In this document: in pieces, positions 25,975 to 36,622 of the stretch
Layout of the letters: the number at the start of each line of letters is the position of its first letter
Position numbering within the stretch: the stretch's first letter is position 1
Origin: Cercozoa sp. M6MM
Lineage: Eukaryota > Protista > Endomyxa: Ascetosporea
Length of the DNA: 64,000 nt
Strand: one strand, 5' to 3'
Assembly (NCBI GenBank): GCA_040357565.1
Contig: JBDODJ010000002.1
The notes under the pieces: generated by a model
What the model saw: the letters and a program-made list of their open reading frames with translations, nothing else
Told to the model about the DNA's origin: nothing
Database searches by the model: none
Program-made: the position numbers and the translations under genes

Positions 25975-27777
25975 ATGCCCGAAAAGAGCGAGTGTGAAGG
26001 TGAGTCCACTATTACAATCATATTTCACTTCAATCCGACAGATACTGATCTTTATTCTTCGCGCTTTCGCAGACCAGGAAGACACCTCAATGAACGCAAC
26101 CGTGCTACATTTGTTGGCACGACAGCGTCTGCAGGCACAAATGAAACAACAACAACACATGCGCGCTGCTGCCGTCTTAGAACGTGTGTTCCAAGTCAAA
26201 CAAAGGCTTAGCGACGACGAAACTGCTCGATTGGTAAGATGAATTTTAAGTTGACTCCTTTTTCTCAAACAAACAGTGGTTTTGCAGGCACGAGTGGTGG
26301 GAATGGAAGAAGGCGTCGTGAGGAACTTCTTCTTGTTGCGCACACAGCAGGCGGCCAACCTGCGTCGCCGTCAAGAGGAGCAGCTTTCGATGCTGCGACT
26401 GCTGCAGCCGCGAAAAAGAGCGATTCCGCTGCAGACGCAACCCATGGCCAAGCGGCGTAACAGTGGTACTCAAGTAACGCTGGAACGACGGACACGCGAC
26501 TCGATGCCTGTGGTGCCACTGCCCATCACTGAGAACCGCGATTCGACAAAGCTTGATATCAACAGCGACGGCAACACACACTCGCCCCGAGTTCATTCAA
26601 CGGAGAGTGTTCCAGCCTTGCTCAAAACAAGTGAACGCAAGTCTCGTCCGTCGAAAACAACCAGTCTCAACAGTGGTATTCTCAGCTCACCGAGATAAAC
26701 GTGTTCTTTAACTTGAGGGTGACACTTTAGGCTTGCCAGGTAGTCCTCGCGGTTGGCTTGGACGCAGTCGCAGTGATAGCGATGACTCGCAACACAGTGC
26801 GAGCAGTGGCAGCTCCGGAATGCACAGCGAGTCGCATGAGACGGCACCTCTCACTCCTCACGCACTCAGCGGCGTCGTCGTGCACTTTCTCAACTTTGTG
26901 TGCTCTCGTTGCACAAATGCCGATTCTTCTGCCAACTCTGAGGTGCTCCCATACACTAATTATTCTTGCTGTTTGTTGTCGGTTCAATCTCTTCTCTTTC
27001 AGCGCCGAAGACGAAAGCCGCGCAAAGCAATCGACGCAATGCGACACTGCGTTGTGGCTGCTCGGTAAGTTGAAGTCAACTTTAGCTGCGTGTAGTCACT
27101 TCTTGTGGTCCCTTAGACTGTGCACGCAGTCGCAGCGTCGAATTTCGATGCGTGGTTCGCCGAGATTTCACGACGACACAAGTTGCATGCGCATGGTACC
27201 TTTCTTCTGTAATACAACAAACGGCTGCGACGAAAGTTGTATCTTTGTTTGCACAGCAGCGACAGCGACGAGTGCATTGGATCACGACTGCGAAGCCGTG
27301 CGCGCGGCCAGAGAGATTGCGAGCTGTGCCAACTCGGCACCGTCGATGGGTGCCTTCCTGTCGCAGCAGGTATCTTAACCTTCTCTGCGCAACACTTCAA
27401 TCTGCCAGTTTATTTTTGTTTGGCAGCGCACGCAGCGTGCAGTGACACGATTGGTGACCAAGGAGTCGAAATGGGACGCTGTTTCTTCGTACACTGACGA
27501 AGACACCTCCGAGTCGTCTGACGGCAGCGACACCGAGCAAATGCCGACACTGACTCACCACGACCAGTTGGAACCTCGGTCCACTAGCAGCACAAGTGCT
27601 GCAGACACACGCTTGCGCCGACTCTGCCTCTTGTCACAACAGTGTCAGGCCGAGTCGCTGCAGCTGCGCCGAGCGGACAAACGAAGTTTTGAATCGACGC
27701 CTACTAAGCTACCAGCCACGGCTCCTTCCGCCTCCAGCAGCACGCCGGCCGATCGACCAGTAACTGGAACTGACTAG
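25975..27777 (+). CDS. Divergent homeodomain-like protein with long Ser-rich C-terminal region
   Basis: VLERVFQVKQRLSDDETARL|ARVVGMEEGVVRNFFLLR is in exact homeodomain register (L16, F20, L26, L34, A35, G39, E42, V45, F49). Confidence 0.6.
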
Positions 27778-27867
27778 ATTCACGACGCCTGGCGTGTGCA
27801 ACTTAGTGATCGCCTTGATTCCTGCAGCAACCTACCGAGCTAGAGCACTCACATGCACCAACATAAG

Positions 27868-27980
27868 CACACACGCTCGCGCACGCACACAAACACGCAC
27901 ACACACACACACACACGCACACACACACGCACACACACACGCACACACACACACACACACGCACACACGCACACACACAG
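27868..27980. repeat. (CA)n microsatellite
   Basis: Direct reading. Confidence 0.95.
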
Positions 27981-28176
27981 GCACGTGCTGCCTGATCTGA
28001 TCGGAAAAAGCGGCCACCTTTTCTGGTTGGTGTTCTGTTTTTCCGGGTTCTGTTTTTTGGTTCGGCCCGGGAATTCCAACGCCCAAACGCTCGTGCTTTA
28101 ACATTAGCAGTATCGCTGAGAGCATAAAGGGACCACTTTATTGCAGGTCAGTTTTGCTTGTTCCTTCAGTCCAAGA

Positions 28177-28523
28177 ATGATGGTATCACCGGCATCGGAC
28201 CATATAACCCTGACCAGCACGGGCTACAAAGGTTTCTCGGCTCAGACGCGTAACTGCCGAAACCTCGGCGCGGAGTCGTATGATCCCTTTTTGCACTTGA
28301 GAGCTGATTTCACTGCCTTTCTTGTGCAGTTTCAAGAAGCAGAAGGGTCAGAAGGGCCCGACGCGAGGCGATGTGCTTATCACTGACATTCTTAAAAACA
28401 AGAGTACCATCGTCGGACTTCAGGACATAGGGCCCGGCGCTGTGGAGCCTTTAAAAGAGGAGTTGGGGCCGGAGTACGAGGTCTTCGAGTCCGCAGAGTT
28501 CGCTCTGAGATCCAAGAAGCACG
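28177..28523 (+). pseudogene. Truncated paralogue (exons 1-2 only) of the permuted EEP gene at 34037-35397
   Basis: MMVSPASDHITLTSTGYKGFSAQTRNCRNLGAES|FKKQKGQKGPTRGDVLITDILKNKSTIVGLQDIGPGAVEPLKEELGPEYEVFESAEFALRSKKHG. Intron positions and phases equal those of the intact copy, and homology stops at the (TG)n array. Confidence 0.75.
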
Positions 28524-28557
28524 GTAAAACAGACACTCACTCCCTGTCTTTTTGTGG

Positions 28558-28613
<56 letters not shown>

Positions 28614-28622
28614 GTGTGTGTG

Positions 28623-28689
<67 letters not shown>

Positions 28690-28713
28690 GTGTGTTTGTG
28701 TGCGTGTGTGTGT
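28558..28713. repeat. (TG)n microsatellite
   Basis: Direct reading. Confidence 0.95.
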
Positions 28714-29284
28714 TTAGGTCAGGAAGGATCTTCGAGCGATTTCGCGCCGGAACGCAGAGGAGGGAAAGCAGCGATTCGAAGCTGCCAATTAAAGTGAGCA
28801 AGCAGGCAAGATCGACGAGTCGAACTCTCCGTCGCGGTGGACATGCCGACCAACCCAGCACAGCTTGCGACTTCAAGAGCATCAAACGATGCAATGCCGG
28901 CTGAGGATGTGACCAACTACTTTACTGACTTCGATGGACTGGATTTCGAGCTCGAAAGCGCTTTGCGGACAGTGAGATGGAAAATGAGGACGAGAACGCA
29001 GATCTTCCTGTTGGCGAGTATTAGGACGGTTACGGCAACCTGAAATAGAAATCTGTAAATTAATCGTATTTTAGTGGTCTTTAGGTCTATTCTAAGACAA
29101 TATACTGTAGGAAAATTTGGTACTATTCTAGTACAAAACCTCAAATTTTTTAAAAATAAGGAAATTCAGCAAAACGTAACACATTAATTGTAATAGTAGA
29201 GGGCGATTTCGGCTTATAGTCGCTGCCCCTGCCAGCAGTCATCCTTCGGCAAGATTGTACCATAGCGCGTGTGTGATCTACATC

Positions 29285-29950
29285 ATGGCGCCCCATCAGC
29301 CGAGTCAGTTGCATCAGTACTCACCATAATTGTGTGCTTTTTGTCAAGATTAATTGTAGATCGTGATGGAGATATCGAGTACCAGCCCGTGCGGAAAGAT
29401 AACTTTGAAGAGTCGCCTGAGCAGGATACTGAGCCCTTCGGCTTAAGAACCGGGCACACCGATATGCCGATTTTGAAAAGAGTCTGCTCGTGGTCTTTTT
29501 TGGCCCTGCTGCTGTTTGCAATGTTGTGGCTCTTCGCCTGGACCCGTAAGGATAGTCTCTGCCTTAGTATTCTCCGTTTTTTTGCCGTGAACTGCACAGT
29601 TCCTTCTGTCTAGCGAGGGAAGAGCCGACACCGTCACTGCAAGAAGACCAACCGTCCTTCATGCAGTCTTGGTTGATCAATTTTCGTCTGAAATCTGTGT
29701 CCATGCTGCTGCGATGAAACTCTCCGTGTGTTAATTTACAACAGGGAACACAACCTGAAATTCAGTCCGCCAACAAGGCGAAGACGGCAGCAGCGTCCCA
29801 CAACTGAAGCACTCACAGTCCGTACCATTCGATTGTTGTTTTGCTGCACACTTGTTAGCACGAGAAATGAGAGTTGTGTTCGCACAGGAGGACAGCCGTC
29901 TCTGATTGTGGATGCTGCGCAGTACGAAGCCTCCTGGGAGTACGTTGTTC

Positions 29951-30016
<66 letters not shown>

Positions 30017-30126
30017 TGTGTGTGTGNNNNNNNNNNNNNNNNNNNNNNNNNNNNNNNNNNNNNNNNNNNNNNNNNNNNNNNNNNNNNNNNNNNNNNNNNN
30101 NNNNNNNNNNNNNNNNNNNNNNNNNN

Positions 30127-30171
<45 letters not shown>

Positions 30172-30612
30172 GTTTCAGTGGATTGATGCCTATCTCGGCT
30201 TTCGTGGACTGGTGGGCTTCCGACCCGACTGCATTCGACGCGATTGGTGCAAAACAATTCTGCAGACTGAAAAGAGAGAAAGATAGCAGCTTTACTTTGT
30301 GTGCTTCTAGCAGAGCACGAAGCTTTCGTTGCTGCGAGCACGGCCAAAACTGAGAGCGAAGTTGGAAGTTTTGACAAACTGGCTCGTCGTGAGGTGGCCA
30401 CACAGTTCGGTTTCCTGCCGCAGATGGATTCGGTACCAAAACCGTCTGCTGCTAGGGCTCTTTTGTATCCAAAACCTTTGACCAAATCAACAGCCTTGTT
30501 CATATATTTAGTTTTTGTTTCGATTTATTTTGCGCTTGCAACTAGGAGCGTTCTTGCGATCCGGAAAAGGAACCGCGAAGCTGGCAAACGCAAACAAATG
30601 CGCCTTGGGTAG
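29285..30612 (+). CDS. Hypothetical two-TM membrane protein (spans an assembly gap)
   Basis: Spliced ORF with TM segments VCSWSFLALLLFAMLWLFAWT and ALFIYLVFVSIYFALA. No family recognised. Confidence 0.5.
30027..30126. other. Assembly gap (100 N) inside a (TG)n array
   Basis: Run of N. Confidence 1.
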
Positions 30613-30735
30613 AGCAGGACACTGTAACGTTTTTTTTTGACGGAGAACTTTTTTGGCAGGATGAGTTAAACGAGCGTTGGCAAACGGGCGAGTTCGTTGC
30701 TGTTCGTGTGTTGCAGCAGGTATCTCGGTCACTAT

Positions 30736-32639
30736 ATGCCTCCCCCGGCTTTGTTTTCCGTGTGGATTCTCGTTTGCTCCAGTTGACTGAGCCGTTGTTG
30801 ATTCAACTGCAAAAGCGAAAGCTTATTGACCGTGTGTTTCTCTTTCTTTCTGGCTGCTCGACTATCACAGATGCGCTTTTGCACTGCAGACTGCGCGTTG
30901 CGCTTTCGAAACATGTCGCTGCCGGCGAAACCGTTCGTTAATTTTCAAAGGCATTGCAAGAGTGCGCCTTTGCCAGACAGGGGGGTGTTTTGACAGGTGG
31001 GAAGAAGTGTCAGCGATGTCGTTCGCTGCATTCACGCCGCACGCCGATCGCTGGCGGCAAGGAAAACGGGTGTGTCTGATGTGTCGACACTATAGTTTAG
31101 CCAGTGTATCTGGAGGACATTTTGTTGTTTCAACTGTTTCTCTGTGCTGTGTAGACGTACTGGCAAGACTCGCAGTCGGTGTGCGTGTTTGATCGACTCG
31201 CCTTTGCGGACGCACTGCGCTCAATGGTTCTGGTACTTGTGTGTTTGTTTGTTGTTTTTGTTTTGTTCTCCAGTTGTTGATTTTGCTTTTGTTTGCTGCT
31301 TCGATTATTTGGATGTTGGGTTCTTTTTGTCGGTTTGATTTGAATAGTTGGTTCGTTTGTCTGGATGGTGTTGTTGTTATCTGCCACCTGAGCAGTCCGG
31401 ATCAGACGGGCCGCACGTTGTAATTCGCACGCAACAGGACGCAGGTACACTTTGCACGCTTTCATATGCACAAGTACAAAAGTGTGTGTTTGGTACGCAG
31501 AGGCCAAGGTGCCGCTCAATGCGACCTTGTTCGTCGACGGGCCAAAATCGCCGCTGCTGCTACCCGAGAAACCTGCCGCTGCCACTGCGGCTGTTGTGCC
31601 CAAGCTTTACAAGTTCAGGTGTGTTCAGGAGAAAGGGGGTGTATGGGCAAGAGTAGAGTAAAGAGAGAGTGAAAGAATCCACCTGCAGTCCGTCAATCGC
31701 ACTGTGGTTGCGACATATGCTGGAGAAACTGCGCTTCGATTATGTCGTGTTTTATATCGTGCTTTGTCTTTCTTGAGGGATAAGGGGTGGGTGAAAGCTT
31801 GTCTATTAGGTGTCTTCTGTGATCTCGCTGGACGACTTTGAGCTTCAACTCTGCGCTGCTTTGGGTGACACAACCAAACCCTTTTATATTTTTAGGATCC
31901 TGTTGTTTATGCATGTGTACAGACGGTGCCCCGGACAGCACATACTCTGAGGTATCTATCGATGCATACATAGAGCATTCCATGTCTATATATATGTCTA
32001 CGTACATCTATAGTTGTTTTACACACGTTTACATCTTGATTTGTGTTTGTATGTGTCATAACAACAGCACACGTGTTCCATGTCGTCGCGTGGCTTGTTG
32101 AAGCGTGTGCTGACACTCGATTGGTACATGCACAGTTCGCCTCGGGCGCACTACACTTACGCTGTACACAATCCGCTTGTTTTAATCTCTCTCGCCCCCT
32201 CCCCTCCCTGTTTGTCTCTTTTGACCGCTTCTTGGGAGCAGGTGGAATCGGCGGCGTGGGACGCGACTTTACGTTTTCGGGTGCGTTGTCTTATCCCTAT
32301 ACCCCTTCTTGTATCTTAATGTGTGCCAGTGTAGAAAACATTCGACGTGGTGCACATTGTCGACACGGATGAGTTTCTGACGGCTCGAACAGGAGGAAAC
32401 GACGTTGTTAGGATAGCCTCGGTGAGCGAGCTGGTCGAGGTTTGTCCCTTTTCCCTGTCCGTATGACCACCCTGTGTACGTACNNNNNNNNNNNNNNNNN
32501 NNNNNNNNNNNNNNNNNNNNNNNNNNNNNNNNNNNNNNNNNNNNNNNNNNNNNNNNNNNNNNNNNNNNNNNNNNNNNNNNNNNGGTGCCCCAGCAAATAA
32601 TAACAACAACAAACGTGGTTGATGTGACTGTGTGTGTGT

Positions 32640-32679
<40 letters not shown>

Positions 32680-32945
32680 GTGTGTGTGTATGCGTGTGTG
32701 TGTGTACAGGAAGACGGCGACTTTGTGCAGTGCACGCCGCAGGAGTTCCGGCAGTGTTCGGAGTTCATGACACGTGACGACACGCTGCTGCGACTGCTGG
32801 GACCGGACACCTGTACCTTCCTCTTGTTGCACACATACACATCTATATATATATAGATCTGGTGTATGTGAATAGCCGAGGAACTGGTGCAGCAGAAGCG
32901 TCGCTGCATGCACACGTTCGGCAAGTCGCTGTTTCGACCAACACT

Positions 32946-33027
<82 letters not shown>

Positions 33028-33422
33028 GTGTATCCTCCTTCTGTGATGTGCTTGTACCAGTGTTTGTTTGCAGCGAACACCACCCCTACCTGCACTTCAG
33101 TATGCTCACAGTGCAACATGAGGTAGTGTCTCCCTACCTACCTTCTTTCCTGTCTGTATGTGCGTGTGTGCCGGGACAGGATTTTGTGGGCATGTGCGAG
33201 GCTACGGCGCCCGCCTATGAGCGCGCACTACGAACAGAGTCGGTACGCACCGACTCTCCCTGATCACTGTCGTGTGTATGTGTACACATGTTTTGTGGCG
33301 GACCACAGGGAACAGCTGTGGTGCTGCACGTCAGAAACAGTCTCCCCGAGGGCTACGTCGACTTTGACACCCACGCCTGCACCTGCGCTGATTGGCAAGC
33401 CTTGCTGCATGCGCGGGCGTAG
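30736..33422 (+). CDS. Putative glycosyltransferase, GT92/DUF23-like (spans an assembly gap; start approximate)
   Basis: IALWLRHMLEKLRFDYV, FDVVHIVDTDEFL (DxDE motif), FGKSLFRP and AVVLHVR occur in the order expected for GT92-like enzymes. Confidence 0.55.
32484..32583. other. Assembly gap (100 N)
   Basis: Run of N. Confidence 1.
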
Positions 33423-33920
33423 TCCGACGCCGCTGTGGCTAACAAACAACCATACAGGAGGTGTGAGTGCTTTTTTCAGGAAACTTTATCGCTTCTAGAT
33501 ATGTGTGCGTGGTGTGTGTGCATGTGTGTGCGTGTGTGCGTGTGTGTTGACAGATGCCACACGACAGAGCATTTGGTTGGTTGATATTAAACCATTGTGA
33601 GTGAGTAGTGCGTCAGTTGCTGGACTAGTAGACGTCGAGCATCCCCCCCCCCGCAGCTGCTAGACTATGACTGGTCCACGTGCGTGAATTAGCGTTGCTA
33701 GCAACGGAATTTATAGCTGTCGAGCCACAATGCGTTGCGTTGGTTTTGCTTCGCGCCAGCGTTCGAATCTGAAATTTGACGCTCAAGCTCGCTGTGACTG
33801 CGACGCCTCCCTTTCTTTTGGATTTTGGGTGAAGTGTCGAGTCTCACATATACACACACGCTCACAGGCACGTGCACAAGTTTGCCCAGGCTGCGTGAGG
33901 TGATCGAAAAACGGTGGCCA

Positions 33921-33968
33921 CCCTTCTGGTTCCAACGTTCTAGCGCTTGTGAGTCGGAACCAGAAGGG
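33921..33968. promoter_or_regulatory. Perfect 13-bp inverted repeat (CCCTTCTGGTTCC / GGAACCAGAAGGG, 22-nt loop) ~70 nt upstream of the EEP start codon
   Basis: Arms at 33921-33933 and 33956-33968 are exact reverse complements. Confidence 0.6.
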
Positions 33969-34036
33969 CCAGGAAATCCAACGCCCTAAACGCTTGTGAT
34001 TTGCATTAGCTAAGCACAAAGGTATTGAGCACAACA

Positions 34037-35397
34037 ATGGAATCGTTCGTTTCGGACCACCTCTCCGTGAGCGCCACAGTCGAAGATTTCTCGGTTTGCA
34101 CGCGTAACGTCCGAATCCTCGGTTGTAAATCGTACGATTCCTTTTGCACGAGATAATTGGACCTGAGGGATGTTTCCTTCTGTGCAGCTTTGAGAAGCAG
34201 AAGGGCCAGAAGGGTCCGACCCGAGGCGAGGTCATCGCCAACGACATTTTCCAAAGTGGAAATGTCTTGGACGCCATTTTGGAGGTCAAGCCGGGCGCTG
34301 TAAAGAAGCTGGAAAAGGCTTTGGGGCCAAAGTATAGGCTCTTCGCGTCCTCGAACTTCTTTCTGAAATCCAAGAAGCACGGTAGAAACAGACAGTCACT
34401 CTCCTGTCTCTTTGTGTAGCCATTGCTACTTTAATGTTGCAACATTCTGCAGGCGAGGTCGTCGTTCTCGTGGTGAAAACAGAAAATCTCAAGAAAGTCT
34501 ATTGCATGGAGAGCATCTGGCCTTGCTCTAACCGACGAGGTGCTCTGTGCCTGGTGCTCGATCTGCGCCTTCGTGGAGGCACCAAACGAATCGCAGTGCT
34601 TGCGACGCACATCACCCATGGCGGCAACAAAACCGCCACACGAGCAGCGCGGACAGACGACATACGAAGTTTGATCAAGCAGTTTCTCGGAATTGTCAAA
34701 AAGGTCAGCTGACAGTTGGGAGGCGGAGAAATGCTGTTCGTACTCTCACAGTGACTCAACTTATGTTGCAGCATAAGGCCGACGGATGGGTCTCCATGGG
34801 AGACTGGAACGTCAACATGAACGCGGACGACAACCGCAAGGTATGACCAACAGGCGATCTGTTTTCTGTTTTAGATTCGCTGCTGTTGCACAGACACTGG
34901 AGAAACGGTTCAAGGCCGTGTCGGCACTTCAAGCCACGCACGGCGGGACGACGTTGTCGTCGACGAGTGCGTCGGCCACACCAACTGAGAGGCAGTATGA
35001 TGCCATCTTTTTCGGTGGCTGCCTGAATAAGGAAAACATCAAGGCCAAGGTGAAGCTACCACCTACGTACAACGCTCCTCCGTCCAAGTCTCGCAAGTTC
35101 AAGGACGTTGACCTCGTCAACCTGGGTGATCTGCCGAGCGGACTCACCAAGCTGCTTGAGCCAGACTTCTACCACAAGAACACCAAGCCGCCGCTCGTCG
35201 CCAAGCTGCTGAACTGCTCAGAATGCTTCAAAGATGGCTATTTCAGCTTCTCTAAGGTGCGACTTTGTGCAGGTTTGGTTTCTCTACCTGGGTCATCGTG
35301 TGTTTTACAGCTCCAAGATGCTCCTGGAATCGGCGCCAAGACCGCTGAGGACGCGTACCGCGCACTATGCAGGCTGGGACTAATAGTAGACTACTGA
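34037..35397 (+). CDS. Circularly permuted endonuclease/exonuclease/phosphatase (EEP) domain plus C-terminal ComEA-like helix-hairpin-helix; 6 exons
   Basis: Introns at 34132-34187, 34382-34452, 34704-34771, 34841-34893 and ~35257-35310. Motifs in order: SDHLSV (aa 6-11), FSVCTRNV, DAILEV, GEVVVLV, VLATHI, VSMGDWN, GTT, QYDAIFF, then FSFSKLQDAPGIGAKTAEDA. Confidence 0.85.
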
Positions 35398-35544
35398 GTT
35401 ACCATTAATTCGCATTGTTTTTAAGTTTTACTCCCAACTCGACTGACGTTTCTTCGCTGGCTTCAATCGACTGATCACTGGCTTTGCGGATAACTAGATA
35501 ACTTGCGTCACGCCTCAAACACATGGCCGTAGTCCCCGCCCGCT

Positions 35545-35641
35545 CGTTTTGAAGTGAAGTGATGTGTGTTTTTGTAGTTCTGGGAGCGGGCGTTTTGAAG
35601 TGAAGTGATGTGTGTTCTGGCTCTGGGAGCGTGCGTTTTGA
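35545..35641. repeat. ~46-bp tandem repeat (CGTTTTGAAGTGAAGTGATGTGTGTT...TCTGGGAGCG), ~2.2 copies
   Basis: Direct reading. Confidence 0.85.
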
Positions 35642-35854
35642 GTTGCTTTTTCTCGTTAGCTTTTTCGCGTCTTTCTTTGGCAGCGTTGCATGGCAATCCT
35701 TTCTACACCATCGATAGGCCATTGCCAGATCTCAGGACCAGTTTTCCTGATGTCTAGCCAGCTTCACCTCAGTCGCGTACACATCTCTGCTTTGTTGGAG
35801 CCATGGTTGCTGCGGGATCGCGGAGACGACGACGGCACACGGCACACGGCACGA

Positions 35855-36332
35855 TGTTACAGCATGAACTACTGTATCCGCGCTTACAAAAATCCTCAAG
35901 CCTGGAGAGATCAGATTCCCTGGTCGAGAGAGAGCCCTTTTTTGAGTCCAACTGCAAAAAGCTTGCTCAAGGCTTCCCTACTCAAACACAGGTGTTCCAC
36001 AGTCTGGACTGAAGCTCTCAGTAGGTCAGGATACCAGCGAACATACGTCCTCTGCCTTTCCAGAGGCCCTTCTTTTCTTAAGCCGTCCTCTGCCTTTCCA
36101 GAGGCCCTTCTTTTCTTTGAGGCCCTTCTTACCATCTGACGGGTGACTTCCCCGTCCACCAGTGCTTTGCCGCCCAACTGAATCGTTGGGGTAACTCACT
36201 CTTTCAAACTGACACTTGGCCACTCTAAATTTACCCCCAAGAACAGACTTTCTTACGTTCCTTAGTTTTTTTGTATCTAACTTACTCTCAATTTACCAAG
36301 GCCTGATCCCTATCTCGGAGGGCTGCGTAACA
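35855..36332. mobile_element. Solo-LTR-like dispersed repeat, copy 1 (478 bp, TGTTACAGC...GCTGCGTAACA)
   Basis: TG...CA ends with short inverted termini, homology to 57464-57926, and an internal tandem duplication of CGTCCTCTGCCTTTCCAGAGGCCCTTCTTTTCTT. GGCACGA lies immediately left and again 5 nt after the right end. Confidence 0.65.
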
Positions 36333-36622
36333 TTTTTGGCACGACGTTGTCTGGGAGTCGGCATCCAAGCGCCGGCGTAGCACTCCAGCAGGGCGGCGAC
36401 GGCGGCGGATGCGATGACTCTTGCCGTGCGTCCCGTCCAGCGGGGTGAGTCACATCGTGCCCATCTGCTCTAGCGCTTTCGTGTATGCACACGTCTGAGT
36501 ATCTTATTGGGTCTCAACTCGGTCAAAAAACTCTCTAAACTGTACGATACTTCGAGGTACCCTATCATGTCGCGTTTGCGGTTTCGGTTGCGTTCACACG
36601 ATGTTGGTTCCCGTACGTCAGG

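Noticed and set aside
28908-29180. Possible solo LTR (TGTGAC...GTAACA)
   Set aside because: There is no TSD and no second copy in the window.
27794-33263. Many CVCVCV / HTHTHT ORFs
   Set aside because: They are translations of TG/CA microsatellites and N gaps.
33745-33775. GTTCGAATC T-loop/B-box-like motif suggesting a tRNA
   Set aside because: No acceptor stem, D-arm or anticodon arm could be folded around it.
35545-35641. CRISPR-like repeat-spacer pattern
   Set aside because: There are only ~2 units, the 'spacers' are themselves similar, and the context is eukaryotic with no cas genes.
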